NCBI GenBank assembly: GCA_030390025.1
Contig: CM059432.1
Location: 8,308,001 to 8,372,000 of the forward strand
Direction of reading: 5' to 3'
From: Squalus acanthias
Lineage: Eukaryota
Length of the DNA stretch: 64,000 nt
Positions 47,523 through 60,280 of this stretch are shown in pieces. The stretch's first letter is position 1, and each line of letters begins with the position of its first letter. A program made the translations under genes and the position numbers. Under the pieces are notes generated by a model that was not told the DNA's origin, searched no databases, and saw nothing but the letters and a program-made list of their open reading frames with translations.

Positions 47523-48465
47523 GATTCACTAGGATGATCCCAGAACTGAGAGGTTACACCTATCAGGAAAGATCGAACAGGCTGGGGCTCTTTTCTCTAG
47601 TAAAGAGAAAGCTGAGGGGTGACCTGACAGAGGTCTTTAAGATTATGAAAGGGGTTTGATAGGGTAGACGTAGAGAAGATGTTTCCACTTGCGGGGGAGA
47701 CCAGAACTAGGGGCCATAAATATCGGATATCACTAATAAATCTAATAGGGGATTCAGGAGAAACTTCTTTAAAGAAAGACTTGCATTTATGTAGCGCCTT
47801 TCACAACCACCGGACGTCACAAAGCGATTTACAGCCAATGAAGTACTTTTGAAGTGGAGACACTGTTGTAATGTGGCAACCAATTTGTACACAGCAAGAT
47901 CCCACAAACAGCAATGTGATAATGGCCAGATAATCTGTTTTAGTGATGTTGATTGAGGGATAAATATTGGCCAGGACACCGGGGATAACTCCCCTGCTCT
48001 TCTTCGAAATAGTGGCCATGAGATCTTTTACGGGCACCTGAGAGAGCAGACGGGGCCTCGGTTTAACGTCTCATCCGAAAGACGGCACCTCCGACAGTGC
48101 AGCACTCCCTCAGCACTGCACTGGGAGTGTCAGCCTGGATTTATGTGCTGAAGTCCCTGGAGTGGGACTTGAACCCACAACCTTCTGACTCAGAGGCAAG
48201 GGTGCTACCCACTGAGCCACGGCTGACAGCTGACCCAGAGAGTGGTTAGATTGTGGAACTCGCTGCGACATGGAGTAGTTGAGGTGAACAGCAGAGATGC
48301 TATTCCCACAGATGGGAAGCCAGATAAACACATGAGGGAGAAAGGAATTAAAGGGTATGTTGATGGGGTGAGATGAAGAGGAGTGGGAGGAGGCTCGTGT
48401 GGAGCATAAACACCAGTTGGGCTGAATGGCCTGTTTCTGTGCTGTACGCTCTATGTAATTCTATC
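47523..48465 (+). mobile_element. CR1 3' fragment split by a full-length SINE
   Basis: CR1 halves 47523-47770 and 48232-48465; 3' UTR motif gagtgggaggaggctcgtgtgg at 48381-48402. Confidence 0.88.
47771..48228 (-). mobile_element. Deu-type tRNA SINE, full length, well preserved
   Basis: A box tggctcagtgg, B box ggttcaagtccc, central domain and tail. Confidence 0.9.
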
Positions 48466-49184
48466 TAATGTAAAAGCTAAGCGTGATACTTCCATGAGAT
48501 TGCTTGGAAAGCACATGAATGGGAAGCCTGTCAGAATCGATTTCAAACGCCTCATTCAGGAAAACAATGTGACCGGGAAAAGGTTAAAAAAATTCCCCAT
48601 ACATTTTATCAGACGGCGCCTGCCTGGTGAGAAAAAAGCAGCTCAGAGACAGCGTTGTGTGGAAAAAATCCAATTAAATACAGTTAAAGCACATTAAGTA
48701 TTCTTGGCGAAGACAATGAGACTCAATGAGGCAGAATGCAAGGTCCATCTGGCATCGGAGATAACCATTGGATTCAATCGAAATCGCACACTTGTTAATG
48801 AAGTTAAAAAGATGCTGATCATTAATCTTTAGGGAGCATCTCTATTTACATTACAAGAAGCAACTCTACTGTTTAGTGGGAGAGAGGGAAATAAATAACC
48901 CATTTGAACTCACTTGGAAAACAAAAAGCCTCCCCACATGAAAGTACACGTTTGAAGCTGGGACTCCTTCACCTTTTATATGCTTTGTTCATCAGCAAAA
49001 ATGTTCTGAAGGAGATGTAGAAACAATTTCATAGATCCTTGCAAGTGACGCATTCTGCAAACAATGAGTTACGTGATTAATCTGATAAGAAAACTCGAAT
49101 GGATTCGATAATGGGAGGTCACACTTTACCAAAGTCCCTTGGCTTGTTTCTTAGGCTGGCTTTACAGTTAGTGCACTTGGAAAC

Positions 49185-49700
49185 TCCACTATATCGTGAC
49201 TTTCAAATGGCATTTGATAGGATCCTACCACAGTGAATTGTTAAAAAGATTACGCCGGTGAAGTGGGATGGGAAATTAGATGGAAAATTGATTGGATAAT
49301 AGAAATCCGAGCTGGTTAGAAATGGAGATTTCTCACGACAGAAAGGATTGAGTTTAAGAGCTCCTCAGGGATCTGTGCTTGACCTTACGCTTTCACAGTG
49401 TTCATTAACAACCTGGATGAGAGGATTACAAACAAGACTTCAAAGTTGACTAATGACACAAAATTGTCTGGGAGGGCAAAATATGTCAGGCGCCCAAGAT
49501 TCTACGAAGGGATTTGCAGAGGTTTAGCAGCTGGGCAGATTAGCGGAGTGTCTTCGGCGTAGAAAAATGTAAGACAATGCCAATTGGTTCGAAAATTAAA
49601 TACAATCACGCATTGAGAAGTATAATCTTAAAAAAAACAGGACGAGCAAGAGAAAGATTTCGGGGTGAGAATGGACTAGTTACTGAAAACACATGCTCCA
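49185..49700 (+). mobile_element. Ancient, heavily decayed CR1 RT fragment
   Basis: Remnants of DFQMAFD, APQGSVL, INNLDE and DTKL.G motifs with many stops. Confidence 0.6.
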
Positions 49701-49712
49701 CAAAGTGAAATA

Positions 49713-49910
49713 AAAGAAAGAAAGGTTTGCATTTATATAGCACCTTTCACAGCCTCAGGACGTCCCAAAGCGCTTTACAGCCAATGAAGTACTTTTGAAG
49801 TGCAGTCACTGTTGTAATGTGGGAAACGCAGCAGCCAATTTGCACACAGCAAGCTCCCACAAACATCAGTGAGATAATGACCAGATCATTTATTTTTAGT
49901 GATGTTGATT
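49713..49910 (-). mobile_element. Deu-type SINE 3' part
   Basis: Matches 47771-47955. Confidence 0.8.
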
Positions 49911-50164
49911 GACCGATAGCAAGACCAACTAAATGGTTGGGCTGGAGAGTTAGATACATATGTGCAAGCAATAATGGTAACCTAACACTTCATGAAACAT
50001 TTGTTAGATTGCCCTGTACCTGGAAAAGGATAATGATCTATTAGTGAGTGTAGCTGAGCTCTCTGAGGTGGGAAGTAGCTGCACCACATTGGCTGATCTC
50101 ACCTGGCATGTTGGTAAGATGTTGAGGGGGTGGGCAATTAATAAAATCAGGCAGGGTCCACAGG

Positions 50165-51590
50165 ATCCACTGTAGGTCAGCGAGCACAGGGGGTGATGGG
50201 TGAACGAGACTTGGTGCGAGTTAGGACACGGGCCCCAGAGCTTTGGGTGAGCTCCAGTTTACGGAGGGTGGAAGATGGGAGGCCGGCCAGGAGTGCGTTG
50301 GAATAGTCAAGTCTGGAGGTAACAAAGGCAGGGATGAGAGTTTCCACAGCAGATGAGCCGAGGCAGGGGTGGAGACGCGTGCTATTAAGGAGGTGGAAGT
50401 AGGCGTTCTTGGTGACTGTGAGGATATTGAGTCGGAAGCTCAGTTCCGGGTCAAATAGGACGCCAAGGTTGCGAACAGTGTGGTTCAGCCTCAGACAGTG
50501 GCCAGGGAGAGGGATGGAGTTGGTGGCTAAGGAACAGAGTTTGTGGCGGGGCCGAAGACAATGGCTTCGGTCTTCCCAATATTTAATTGGAGGACTGGAT
50601 GTGAGACAAGCAGTGTGACAAATCAGAGCACTTGGAGGGGTGGAGAGAGTTGGTGGTGAGTTAGAGCTGGGTATCGTCAGCGTACATGTGGAATCTATGT
50701 TGTGTTTTCAGATGATGTTGCCAAGGGGAAGCATGATGATGAGAAATAGGAGGGTGCCAAGGATAGATCCTTGGGGACACCATGAGGTAACGGTGCGGGA
50801 GTGGAAAGTGAAACCATTGCAGGTGATTCTCTGGCTACGACTAGATAGAAAAGAAAGGCAGCAGGTGAGGGAAGCCGCACCCAGCTGGACGACGGAGGAG
50901 AGGTGTTGGAGGAGGATGGTGTGGTCAACTGTGTCAAAAGCTGCAGACAGGTTGAAAAGGATGAGCAGGGATAGTTCACCATGGTCACAGTCACATAGGA
51001 TGTCATTTGTGACTTTGATAAGGGCCGTTTCGGTACTGTGGCAGGGGTGGAAACCTGATTGGAGGGATTCAAATATGGAGGGAAATATGGACAAGGATTT
51101 GGGAGGTGACAACAAGTTCAAGGACTTTGGATCGGAAAGGGAAGTTGGAGATGGGGCAGTAATTTGCAAGGACAGAGGCGTCAAAGGGTGGATTTTTTTA
51201 AGGTGAGGGGCGATGATGGCAGATTGGAAAGGGAGGGGGACAGTACCAGAGGAGAGGGAATCATTAACAATATCAGCTAGCATGGGGGGCCAGGAAGGGA
51301 AGTTGGGTGATCAGCAGTTTAATGGGAATAGGGTCGAGAGAGAAGGAGGTGGGTCTCAGGGACAAGATGAGCACGGAGAGGGCATGAGGGGAGATAGGAG
51401 CGATACTAGAGAAAGGCGCGAGTTCAGGGCTTGGGCAGGTGGATACCTTGGTGGAGGTTTGTCCTGGTGGGCTAGGAGAAGGGAAGCTTGCGTCAGCGGC
51501 AGCTGAGCGGATGGTCTCAACAGAATCTAGTAGCTCCTCACACTTGGTGTTGGAGGTGAGGATGGAGGGGCCGGGGAGAGGGGTTTAAGA
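50165..51590 (-). mobile_element. L2 LINE RT region (decayed)
   Basis: LQSGFHPCHSTETALIKVTNDIL...LSAAFDTVDHTILL...PQGSILG; typical of L2-clade RT. Confidence 0.9.
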
Positions 51591-52181
51591 AAACAGGAGA
51601 ATAAAGATTGGCAGAACTTGGATATATTGAAGCCCATAAACCTTTTTCAATGTCGAGAATGCCAAGTAATTTAGAGACAAAGTGCACCTATTCACTGTAA
51701 AAAGAAACAGAATACAGGGTACAATGTGCAATGTCTCTCATACATTTTGACAACAGAATTGAAGGATTTTGGACTTATTAATATGGCCATTTAATAAAAA
51801 TAAATGGATGGGCTTGAAACCCTAGATTGCACGCTCGAAGAGCAGATTGTGGTTACAAGAATTAACATCAAAAGACTGTTAGACTTGGCTTCAGGATGGC
51901 ATGCTGGGAAGGTATTATTATTGCTTAAGACTGTTGAAGGCAAACCGAGACCACATGGACCTTCGCGGAGATTGTGGTGAGGTTAAAGATGAGGCAGCTG
52001 CCTAGCTGGCCCTTGAGAGACTGTGAGAAGCTGTCATATACATTCGCAACCTGCTCCTGCATCAGCGAGAAAGGAAAGGTACTGTGCAGCCCATTTTGCC
52101 AGCAGCTGAACGGAGTCAAGCCAGCCATTTTAAAGTGAAAGAAGGAGACAGTCCAGAAGAAGACCAAGGACCTCAACGAAG

Positions 52182-53011
52182 AATGGCAAACGGAATATAA
52201 TGTCGGGAAGTGTGAAGTTATCCACTTTTGGTAGGAAAAACAAAAAAAAAAGAATATTTTTTGGAATGGTGAGAGACAGGGAAATGTTTGCATTCCGAGG
52301 GACCTGGGTGTCCTTGTACACAAACCACAGAAAGTTAACATGCAGGTACAGCAAGCAATTAGGAAAGCAAATGGTGTGCTGGCCTTTATTACAAAGGGAT
52401 TAGAGTATAAGAGCAAAGAAGTCTTACTACAATTATACAGGGCATTGGTGAGGCCACACCTGGAGTACTGTGTACAGTTCTGGTCTCCTAACCTAAGGAA
52501 AGACATACTTGCCTTAGAGGGAGAGCAACAAAGGTTCACTTGACTGGTTCCTGGGATGAGGGGATTGCCCTATGAGGAGAGATTGAGTAGACTAGGCCTA
52601 TATTCCCTCAAGTTTAGAAGAATGAGAGGTGATCTAACTGCAACATATAAAATTCTTAAGGGGCTTGACAGGGTTAATGCTGAGAAAATGTCTCCCCTGG
52701 CTGGGGAGTCTAGAACACGGGTCACAGTTTCAGGATAAGGGGTCGGCCATATAGGACTGAGATGAGGAAAAAATTCTTCACTCAAAGGGTTGTGATACTT
52801 TGGAATTCTCTACCCCGGAGAGCTGTGGATGCTCAGTCGTTGAGTATATTTAAGACAGAGGATGATAATTTTTTGGGAATGAAGGGAATGAAGAGATATG
52901 GGGATAGTGCGGGAAGGTGGAGTTAAGGTAGAAGATCAGCCATGATCTTGTTGAATGGCGGAGCAGGCTCGAAGGGCCAAATGGCCTACTCTAGCTCCAA
53001 TTTCTTATGTT
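52182..53011 (+). mobile_element. CR1 3' fragment
   Basis: ORFs 52340..52543 and 52556..52738; tcttatgtt tail. Confidence 0.9.
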
Positions 53012-53815
53012 AACATAAGAACATAAGAACATAAGAAATAGGAGCAGGAGTAGGCCAATTGGCCCCTCGAGCCTGCTCCGCCATTCAAAAAGATCATGGC
53101 TGATCTGATCCTAACCGCCAATCTACTATCACAGAACCATCTCCTGAACCTAACAGAATTGGACACACGAAATAGGAGCAGGATCAGGCTACACGGCCCC
53201 TGGGCCCGCTACGCTACCCACAGGGCCATGACCGATCCGAACCTAGACTCATGTCCAAATTCCTGCCCGCTCCCCGTAACCCTTAATTCCCTTTACTTCT
53301 AGGAAACTGTCTATTTCTGTTTTAAATTTATGTAATGATGTAGCTTCTACAGCTTTTTGGGGCAGCATATTCCATGGACCTACCACCCTCTGAGTGAAAT
53401 AGTTCCTTCTCATCTCAGTTTTGAAAGAGCAGCCCCTTATTCTAAGACTATGCCCCCTAGTTCTAGTTTCACCCATCATCGGGAACATCCTCCCCGCATC
53501 CACCCGATCCAACCCCTTCACAATCTTATATGTTTCAATAAGATTGCCTCTCACTCTTCTGAACTCCAATGAGTAGAGTCCCAATCTACCCAACCTCTCC
53601 TCATATGTCCATCTCCTCATCCCTGGGATTAACCGAGTGAACCTTCTTTGTACTGCCTCGAGAGCAAGTATGTCTTTTCTTAAGTATGGACACCAAAACT
53701 GTATGCAGTATTCCAGGTGCGGTCTCACCAATACCTTGTACAACTGAAGCAATACCTCCCTATTTTTATATTCTATCCCCTTAGCAATGAAAGCCAACAT
53801 TCCATTGGCCTTCTT
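53012..53815 (-). mobile_element. CR1 3' fragment with doubled 3' UTR module
   Basis: ORF 53249..53800; modules at 53037-53113 and 53170-53245. Confidence 0.9.
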
Positions 53816-53987
53816 ATATAATGCCTCAGTCTGCCAATGCAGAAGAATTTGACCATTCTGAGTTTCGCGTTGTGTTACTGACTAAGATGTAACGAAGAAA
53901 GAAGAAAGAACTTGCATTTCTATAGCGCCTTCACAACCTAAGGACATCCCAAAGCAGTTTAAAGTCAATGAAGTACTTATGTAATGT

Positions 53988-56900
53988 CATAGAGTCATAA
54001 CGGCACAGAAGGAGGCCATTCGGCCCATCGAGTCTGTGCCGGCTCTCTGTAGAGCAATCCAGTCAGTCCCATTCCCCCGCTCTATCCCCGTAGCCCTGCA
54101 AGTTTTATTTCCCTCAACTGCTTATCCAGTCTCCCCTTGAAAACATCGAGTGTCTCCGCTTCCACCACTTCCGTCGGCAGCGAGTTCCAGGTCCTCATCA
54201 CTCGCTGCGTAAAAAAGTTTTTCCTCACATCCCCCCTGTATCTCTTGCCAAAACCTTAAACCTGTGTCCCCTAGCCCTCATACCATCAACTAGTGGGAAC
54301 AGCCTTTCCCCGTCTAGCCTATCCAAACCTGTCATAATCTTGTACACCTCTATCAAATCAACCCTCAACCTCCTTTGCTCTAATGAAAAAAATCCAGCTT
54401 CTCCAACCTGTCCTTGTAGCTAAGATCCCCCATCCCCAGAACCATTCTGGTAAATCTCCTCTGCACCCTCTCAAGGGCCTTCACATCCTGCCTAAAGTGT
54501 GGTGACCAGAACTGGACGCAATACTCCAGTTGTGGCCTAACCAGCGCTTTATAATGGTTCAGCATAACTTCTCTACTTTTGTACTCAGTACTTCTTTTTA
54601 TGAAGCCCAAGATCCCATATGCTTTGTTAACCACTCTCTCAATATGTCCTGCCACCTTCAGGGACCTATGCACATTAACTCCCAGGTCCCTCTGTCCTTG
54701 CACACTCTTTAAAACTGTGCCATTAAGTGTATATTGCCTCTCTCTGTTCCTTCTGCCAAAATACATCACCTCACACTTCTTTGTAATAAATTCCATCTGC
54801 CATTTGTCTGCCCATTCTGCTAGCCTTTCTATGTCCTGTTGCAGTCGATTGGTATCATCCTCACTGTTTGCCACACCCCCATGTTTGGTGTCATCAGCAA
54901 ATTTAGAAATTCTACTTTGTATTCCAATATCCAGGTCATTTATATATATCAAAAAAAGCAGTGGCCCCAGCACTGACCCTTGGGGAACACCACTGTCTAC
55001 CATCCTCCAGTCTGAAAAACAGCCATTTACCACAACTCGCTGTTTTCTGTCCTTAAGCCAATTCCTTATCCAAGCTGCCACTGACCCACCTATTTCATGA
55101 GCCTCAATTTTGTTAACCAGCCTTCTATGTGGTACTTTGTCAATCACCATGTAGACAACATCTATTGCATTCCCTTCATCGATCCTCCCTGTTACTTCAT
55201 CAAAAAATTCAATTAGATTAATCAAACATGATCTGCCTTTTACAAATCTGTGTTGGCTCTCCTTAATTAGCTTAAGCCTCTCCAAGTGCCCGTTAATTTT
55301 TTCCTTGATTATTGTTTCTAAAACATTATCCACCATTGATGTTAAACTGACCAGCCTCTAGTTACTAGGATTGTCCTTACACCCTTTCTTGAACAATGGT
55401 GTCACATTTGACACTTTCGAATCCTCAGGCACCTCCCCGATCTAGGGAAGATTGGAAAATTATGGCAAGCCCTTCTGCTATCTCTTCCCCCAATTCCCTT
55501 AGCAACCTGGGATGCAAGCCACCTGGACCAGGCGACTTATCCACTCTAAGCATACCCAGCCTTTCTCATCCATCCTGTCTATCAATTTTCACCTCTTCCA
55601 TTGCTTCTACCTTTTCCACTGCTACCGATATTTTGTCAGCATCCACCTCCTTAGTAAACACCGTTACAAAGTACTCATTGAGTATTCTAGCCTTGCCCTG
55701 CGCCTCTGTGTTACTAATAGGCCCCACCCTGCCTCTTACTACCCACTTACTGTTTACATGCCGGTAGAAGATTTTGGGGCTCCCTTTTATGTTAACTGCC
55801 CTATTCTCTCTTTGCCAATCTTATTTTCATCTTCACTTCCCCTCTCAACTTATTGTATTTGGTCTGGTTCTCCCTTGAAGAATTCACCTGACATGCATCA
55901 TACACCCTCTTTTTTTGTTTCATCATCTTCTCTATCTCCCTCCTCATCCAAGGAGTCCTTGCTTTGGTTCCCTTACCCTTCCCTCTTGTTGGAATGTACC
56001 TAGTCTGTACTTGGAACATCTCCTCCTTAAAGATCACCCATTGTTCCGTTACAGTTTTTCCTGTCAGTCTTTGGTTCCATTTTACCCTGGCTAGATCCCT
56101 TCACATCCCATTGAAGTTAGCCCTATTCCAGTTTAAAACTTCCACTCTAGATTGTTCCTTGCTCCTCTCCATTGCTAATCTAAATCTTATGATACGATGA
56201 TCACTCGTACCCAAGTGTTCTCCCACAGACAATTGGTCGACCTGGCCCACCTCATTCCCCAGCACCAGATCCAGCAATGCCTCCTTTCTAGTTGGGCCAA
56301 GAACATACTGGTCAAGGAAATTCTCCTGAATACATTTCAGAAATTCCTCCCCCTCCTTTCCCTTTACCCCAGCATTATCCCAATCGATATTTGGGTAATT
56401 AAAGTCCCCTAATATCACCACTCTATAGCTCTTGCACGTCTCTGTGATTTCCCTGCAGATTTGCTCCTCTACCTCTCTCTCACTATTTGGAGGCCTATAG
56501 AATACCCCCAATAGCATGATCATACCCTTTTTGCTCCTCAACTCTAACCAAATGGATTCTGTTCATAGTCTTTCTTACTCTGCTCATATCTAACGTGGTA
56601 CTACTTCTGCCTCTAGTACTACTTTCTTCTCTAGTACTATCCAACACACTCACTCCTTTATGCACCTTCTTCCTCTTTTCTACTCCTATATGCTGGTGCC
56701 CATCCACCTGCCAAGCTAGTTTAAACCCTCCGCAACTGCACTAGCAAACCTCCCCGTGAGAATATTGGTCCCGGCACTGTTGAGGTGTAACCCGTCCAGG
56801 TTGTACAGGTCCCACCTTTCCCAGAAATGGTCCCAATGCCTCAGGAATCTAAAGCCCTCCCTCCTGCACCATCTCTCCAGCCATGTATTCATCTGTTCTA

Positions 56901-58019
56901 TCCTCCTATTCCTGTACTCACTAGCGCGTGGCAACGGGAATAATCCGGAGATTACTACCTTTGAGGTCCTGCTTTTTAATCTCTCTCCTAGCTCCCTAAA
57001 CTCTGCCTGCAGGACCCCATCCCTCTTTCTGCCTATGTCATTGGCACTGATATGGACAACGACCTCTGGCTGTTCACCCTCCCCCCTCAGAGTAACCTGC
57101 AGCCGCTCAGTGACATCCTTGACCCTGGCACCTGGGAGGCAACATACCATCCTGGAGTCACGACTGCGGCTGCAGAAATGCCTATCTGCTCCCCTAACTA
57201 TTGAATCCCCTATCACTATTGCTCTTCCACTCTTTCTCCTCCCACCCTGTGCAGCTGAGCCACCAGTGGTGCCGTGGACTTGTCTCTGGCTGCACTCCCC
57301 AGAGGAACCATCGCCCTCACCAGTACTCAGCACAGAATACTGGTTGGAGGGCGAGATGCACTCTGGGGACTCCTGCACTACCTGCCTGGTCCTCCTCTTC
57401 TGTCTAGCGGTCACCCATTTCCTCTCTGCCTGCACACTCTTAAGCTGTGGGGTGACCACCTCTAGAAACGTGCTTTCCAAGTATTTCTCAGCCTCGCGGA
57501 TGCACCGCAGTGAATCCAGCCGCCGCTCAAGCTCCGAAACCTGGAGCTCGAGTTGCTGTAGCTGGCGACACTTCCTGCACATGTGGTCGTCCAGGATACG
57601 CGAAGCGTCCAGGACTTCCCACATGGCACAGGATGTGCACTCCACGGGACCGAGCTGCCCTGCCATGCCTCTAGTTATTAGATTAATTAACTAAAGTACT
57701 TAGTATAACCCTCTGCCCTTAGTTAAAGACTAAAAGGCTACAGACAAAAAAAAAGTGATGCTCAAAAAAAAGAAATAAACTTTTAAAACTAAAAAAAAAC
57801 CACTCACCAGCTACTCACCAATCAGCTCCTTCCCTAGCGCTGACGTCACTTTTTTCACTCTGGCGTCACTCTTTAGAATTTTACATCTCAGGTCCCGCTG
57901 CCGCTCCCACACAGGTCCGCCTCCTCCGGTGTCGGGCCTCGCTGCCGCGCTCCTTTATGGCTGCTCCGCCTTCTCTCAGGTCCTGCTGCTGCTCCCACGC
58001 AGGTCCGCCTCCTCCCTGT
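53988..58019 (-). mobile_element. CR1 LINE, near full length (5' UTR, ORF1, ORF2 lacking APE N-terminus, 3' UTR)
   Basis: ORF1 56716..57666; APE remnant GVFYRPP, LGDFNYP, LDLVLGN, SDH; RT ORF 54380..55336; TGTAATGT at 53980-53987 and 58020-58027. Confidence 0.93.
56716..57666 (-). CDS. CR1 ORF1p: zinc finger / leucine zipper + SGNH (GDSL) esterase-like domain
   Basis: 316 aa open frame: CTSC...CRKC, LELQVSELERRLDSL, VIGDSIVRG, CLPGARV, HISAND, DGLHLN. Confidence 0.85.
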   Translation of the reverse strand: MAGQLGPVECTSCAMWEVLDASRILDDHMCRKCRQLQQLELQVSELERRLDSLRCIREAEKYLESTFLEVVTPQLKSVQAERKWVTARQKRRTRQVVQESPECISPSNQYSVLSTGEGDGSSGECSQRQVHGTTGGSAAQGGRRKSGRAIVIGDSIVRGADRHFCSRSRDSRMVCCLPGARVKDVTERLQVTLRGEGEQPEVVVHISANDIGRKRDGVLQAEFRELGERLKSRTSKVVISGLFPLPRASEYRNRRIEQMNTWLERWCRREGFRFLRHWDHFWERWDLYNLDGLHLNSAGTNILTGRFASAVAEGLN

Positions 58020-58230
58020 TGTAATGTAGGAAATCCAGAGATGGAGTTGTAAGCATGTGTAAACCAGTTGTGGTTTAATGTCAATAAATTATGTAGAAAA
58101 GTTTAAAGCCTTGGTTGATCCTTTTCTTTGGGTACTCCAAAGAGTCAAGCGAGAGTTAAAAAAAAAACACAAAATGCATTGAGGTATAAATGTGTGGAAT
58201 TGTGGAATGTCACCAGTTATTTTAGTTAAC

Positions 58231-58850
58231 ATCTTCGACAGCACCTCCCAAACCCACAACCTCTACCATCTGGAAGGACAAGGGCAGCAGGCGCCACCAT
58301 CGAGATCGCAGCGGTTCAAGAAGGCGGCTCACCACCACTGCCTCAAGAGCAATTAGATTTACCGGGATGTTGACAGGACGGGATAATTTTAGCTCTGAGG
58401 AAAGATTGAATAGGCTGGGGTGATTTTCTTTGGAGCAGAGGGGCTTAGATAGAGTGGATAGAAATCACCTATTCCTGTTAGCAGAGAGGCCAATAACCAG
58501 GGGGCACAGATTTAAAGTAATTGGTAGCAGGATTAGAGGGGATTTGAGGAGAACTTTTTTCACCCAGAGGGTGGTGGGGGTCTGGAACTCACTGCCTGAA
58601 AGGGTGGTAGAGGCAGAAACCCTCATCACATTTAAAAAGTACTTGGATATGCACTTGAAGTGCCGTAACCTACAGGGCTACGGACCAAGTGCTGGAAGTG
58701 GGATTAGGCTGGTTGGCTCTTTTTGGGTTGGCACAGACAAGATGGGACAAATGGCCTCCTTCTGTGCCATGATTTTCTACGATTCTATGATTAGGCATGG
58801 GCAAAAAATGCTGGCATTGCCAGCGACGCCCACATTCCGTGGTTGAATTT
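58231..58850 (+). mobile_element. LINE family B 3' remnant split by a CR1 3' fragment (58357-58789)
   Basis: ATTAG at 58352-58356 and 58790-58794; ORF 58430..58846 is CR1 C-terminus. Confidence 0.85.
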
Positions 58851-59084
58851 TTTTTAAATCACAATGCGAGGGAGTTAATGCAGTCTGTTTTGGATCAAGT
58901 TGCTTCCAAGATGACATGTTTGACGATGAGAGATGAGAGACTGGAACTGGGTTGATTCCGTACAACTGGCAGACTTGGTAATTCAATACCTGCGGGCAGA
59001 ACAATAGTATTCCAAGGCACTGTTTTTTGATTGACCAGCCAGCCTGGCCAACTGATAGAATCTGGAAAGGTAGACATTTTTTAA

Positions 59085-59625
59085 ATATTCGTTTATGGGA
59101 TCTGGGCGTCACTGGCAAGGCCAGCATTTATTGCCCATCCATAATTGCCCTTGAGAAGGTGGTGGTGAGCCACCTTCTTGAACCGCTGCAGTCCGTGTGG
59201 TGAAGGTACTCCCACAGTGCTGTTAGGGAGGGAGTTCCAGGATTTTGACCCAGCGACGGTGAAGGAGCGGCGATATACTTCTAAGTCAGGATGGTGTGTG
59301 GCTTGGAGGGGAACTTGGAGGTGGTGGTGTTCCCATGCGCCTGCTGACCTTGTCCTTCTAGGTGGAAGAGGTTGTGGGTTTGGGAGGTGCTGCCGAAGAA
59401 GCCTTGGCGAGTTGCTGCAGTGCATCTTGTAGATGGTACACACTGCAGCCACGGTACGCCGGTGGTGGAGGGAGTGAATGTTTAAGGTGGTGGATGGGGT
59501 GCCAATCAAGCGGGCTGCTTTGTCCTGGATGGTGTCGAGCTTCTTGAGTGTTGTTGGAGCTGCACTCATCTAGGCAGGTGGAGAGTATTCCATCACACTG
59601 CTGACTTGTGCCTTGTAGATGGTGG
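59085..59625 (-). mobile_element. LINE family B 3' fragment
   Basis: ORF 59093..59569 SAAPTTLKKLDTIQDKAARLIG... Confidence 0.9.
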
Positions 59626-59725
59626 ATGTCAATAAAGGCTGTGATTCTTTTTGCCTGGCTCCAGACAACCCTGTAACTCAGTGCCATGAAGAGACTAAGC
59701 TGAACAACCAACGCAAAGCATGCCA

Positions 59726-60239
59726 GTGTCAGCGTTGGCTCAGTGGCAGTGCTCTTGCTTTTCAGTCAGAAAAGGTTGTTGGTTCAAGTCCCACTCCAGG
59801 GACTTAAACATAAAATCTAGGTCTGATACTACAGAGTGCTGCACTGCCGGAGGTGCTGTCTTTCAGATGAGACGTTAAACCGAGGCCCCGTCTGCTCTCT
59901 CAGGTGGATGTGAAAGATCACATGGTACTATTTTGAAGAAGAGCAGGGGAGTTCTCCCCCGGTGCCCTGACCAATATTTATTCCTCAAACAACATCAGAA
60001 AAAACAGATTATCTGGTCAGAATTACAGTGCTGTTTGTGGGATCTTGCTGTGCATAAATTGGCTGCCGTGTTTTCCTACATTACAACGGTGACTACACTT
60101 CAAAAAATAATTATCTGGTCATTATCACCTTGCTGTCCGTAAATGACGGCACTTCCAAAGTACTTCATTGGCTGTAAAGCGCTTCGGATATCTTGAGGTT
60201 GTGAAAGGCGCTATAGAAATGCAAGTCTTTCTTTCTTTC
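59726..60239 (+). mobile_element. Deu-type tRNA SINE, full length with small internal duplication
   Basis: A and B boxes; attatctggtca occurs twice (60008 and 60110). Confidence 0.85.
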
Positions 60240-60280
60240 AGTGCTCTGTGCTGTTGGCTGCCTGCTTTATCAGCTTAAAG

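Noticed and set aside
56756..57694. 312 aa plus-strand ORF
   Set aside because: Antisense shadow of CR1 ORF1 with no recognisable domain.
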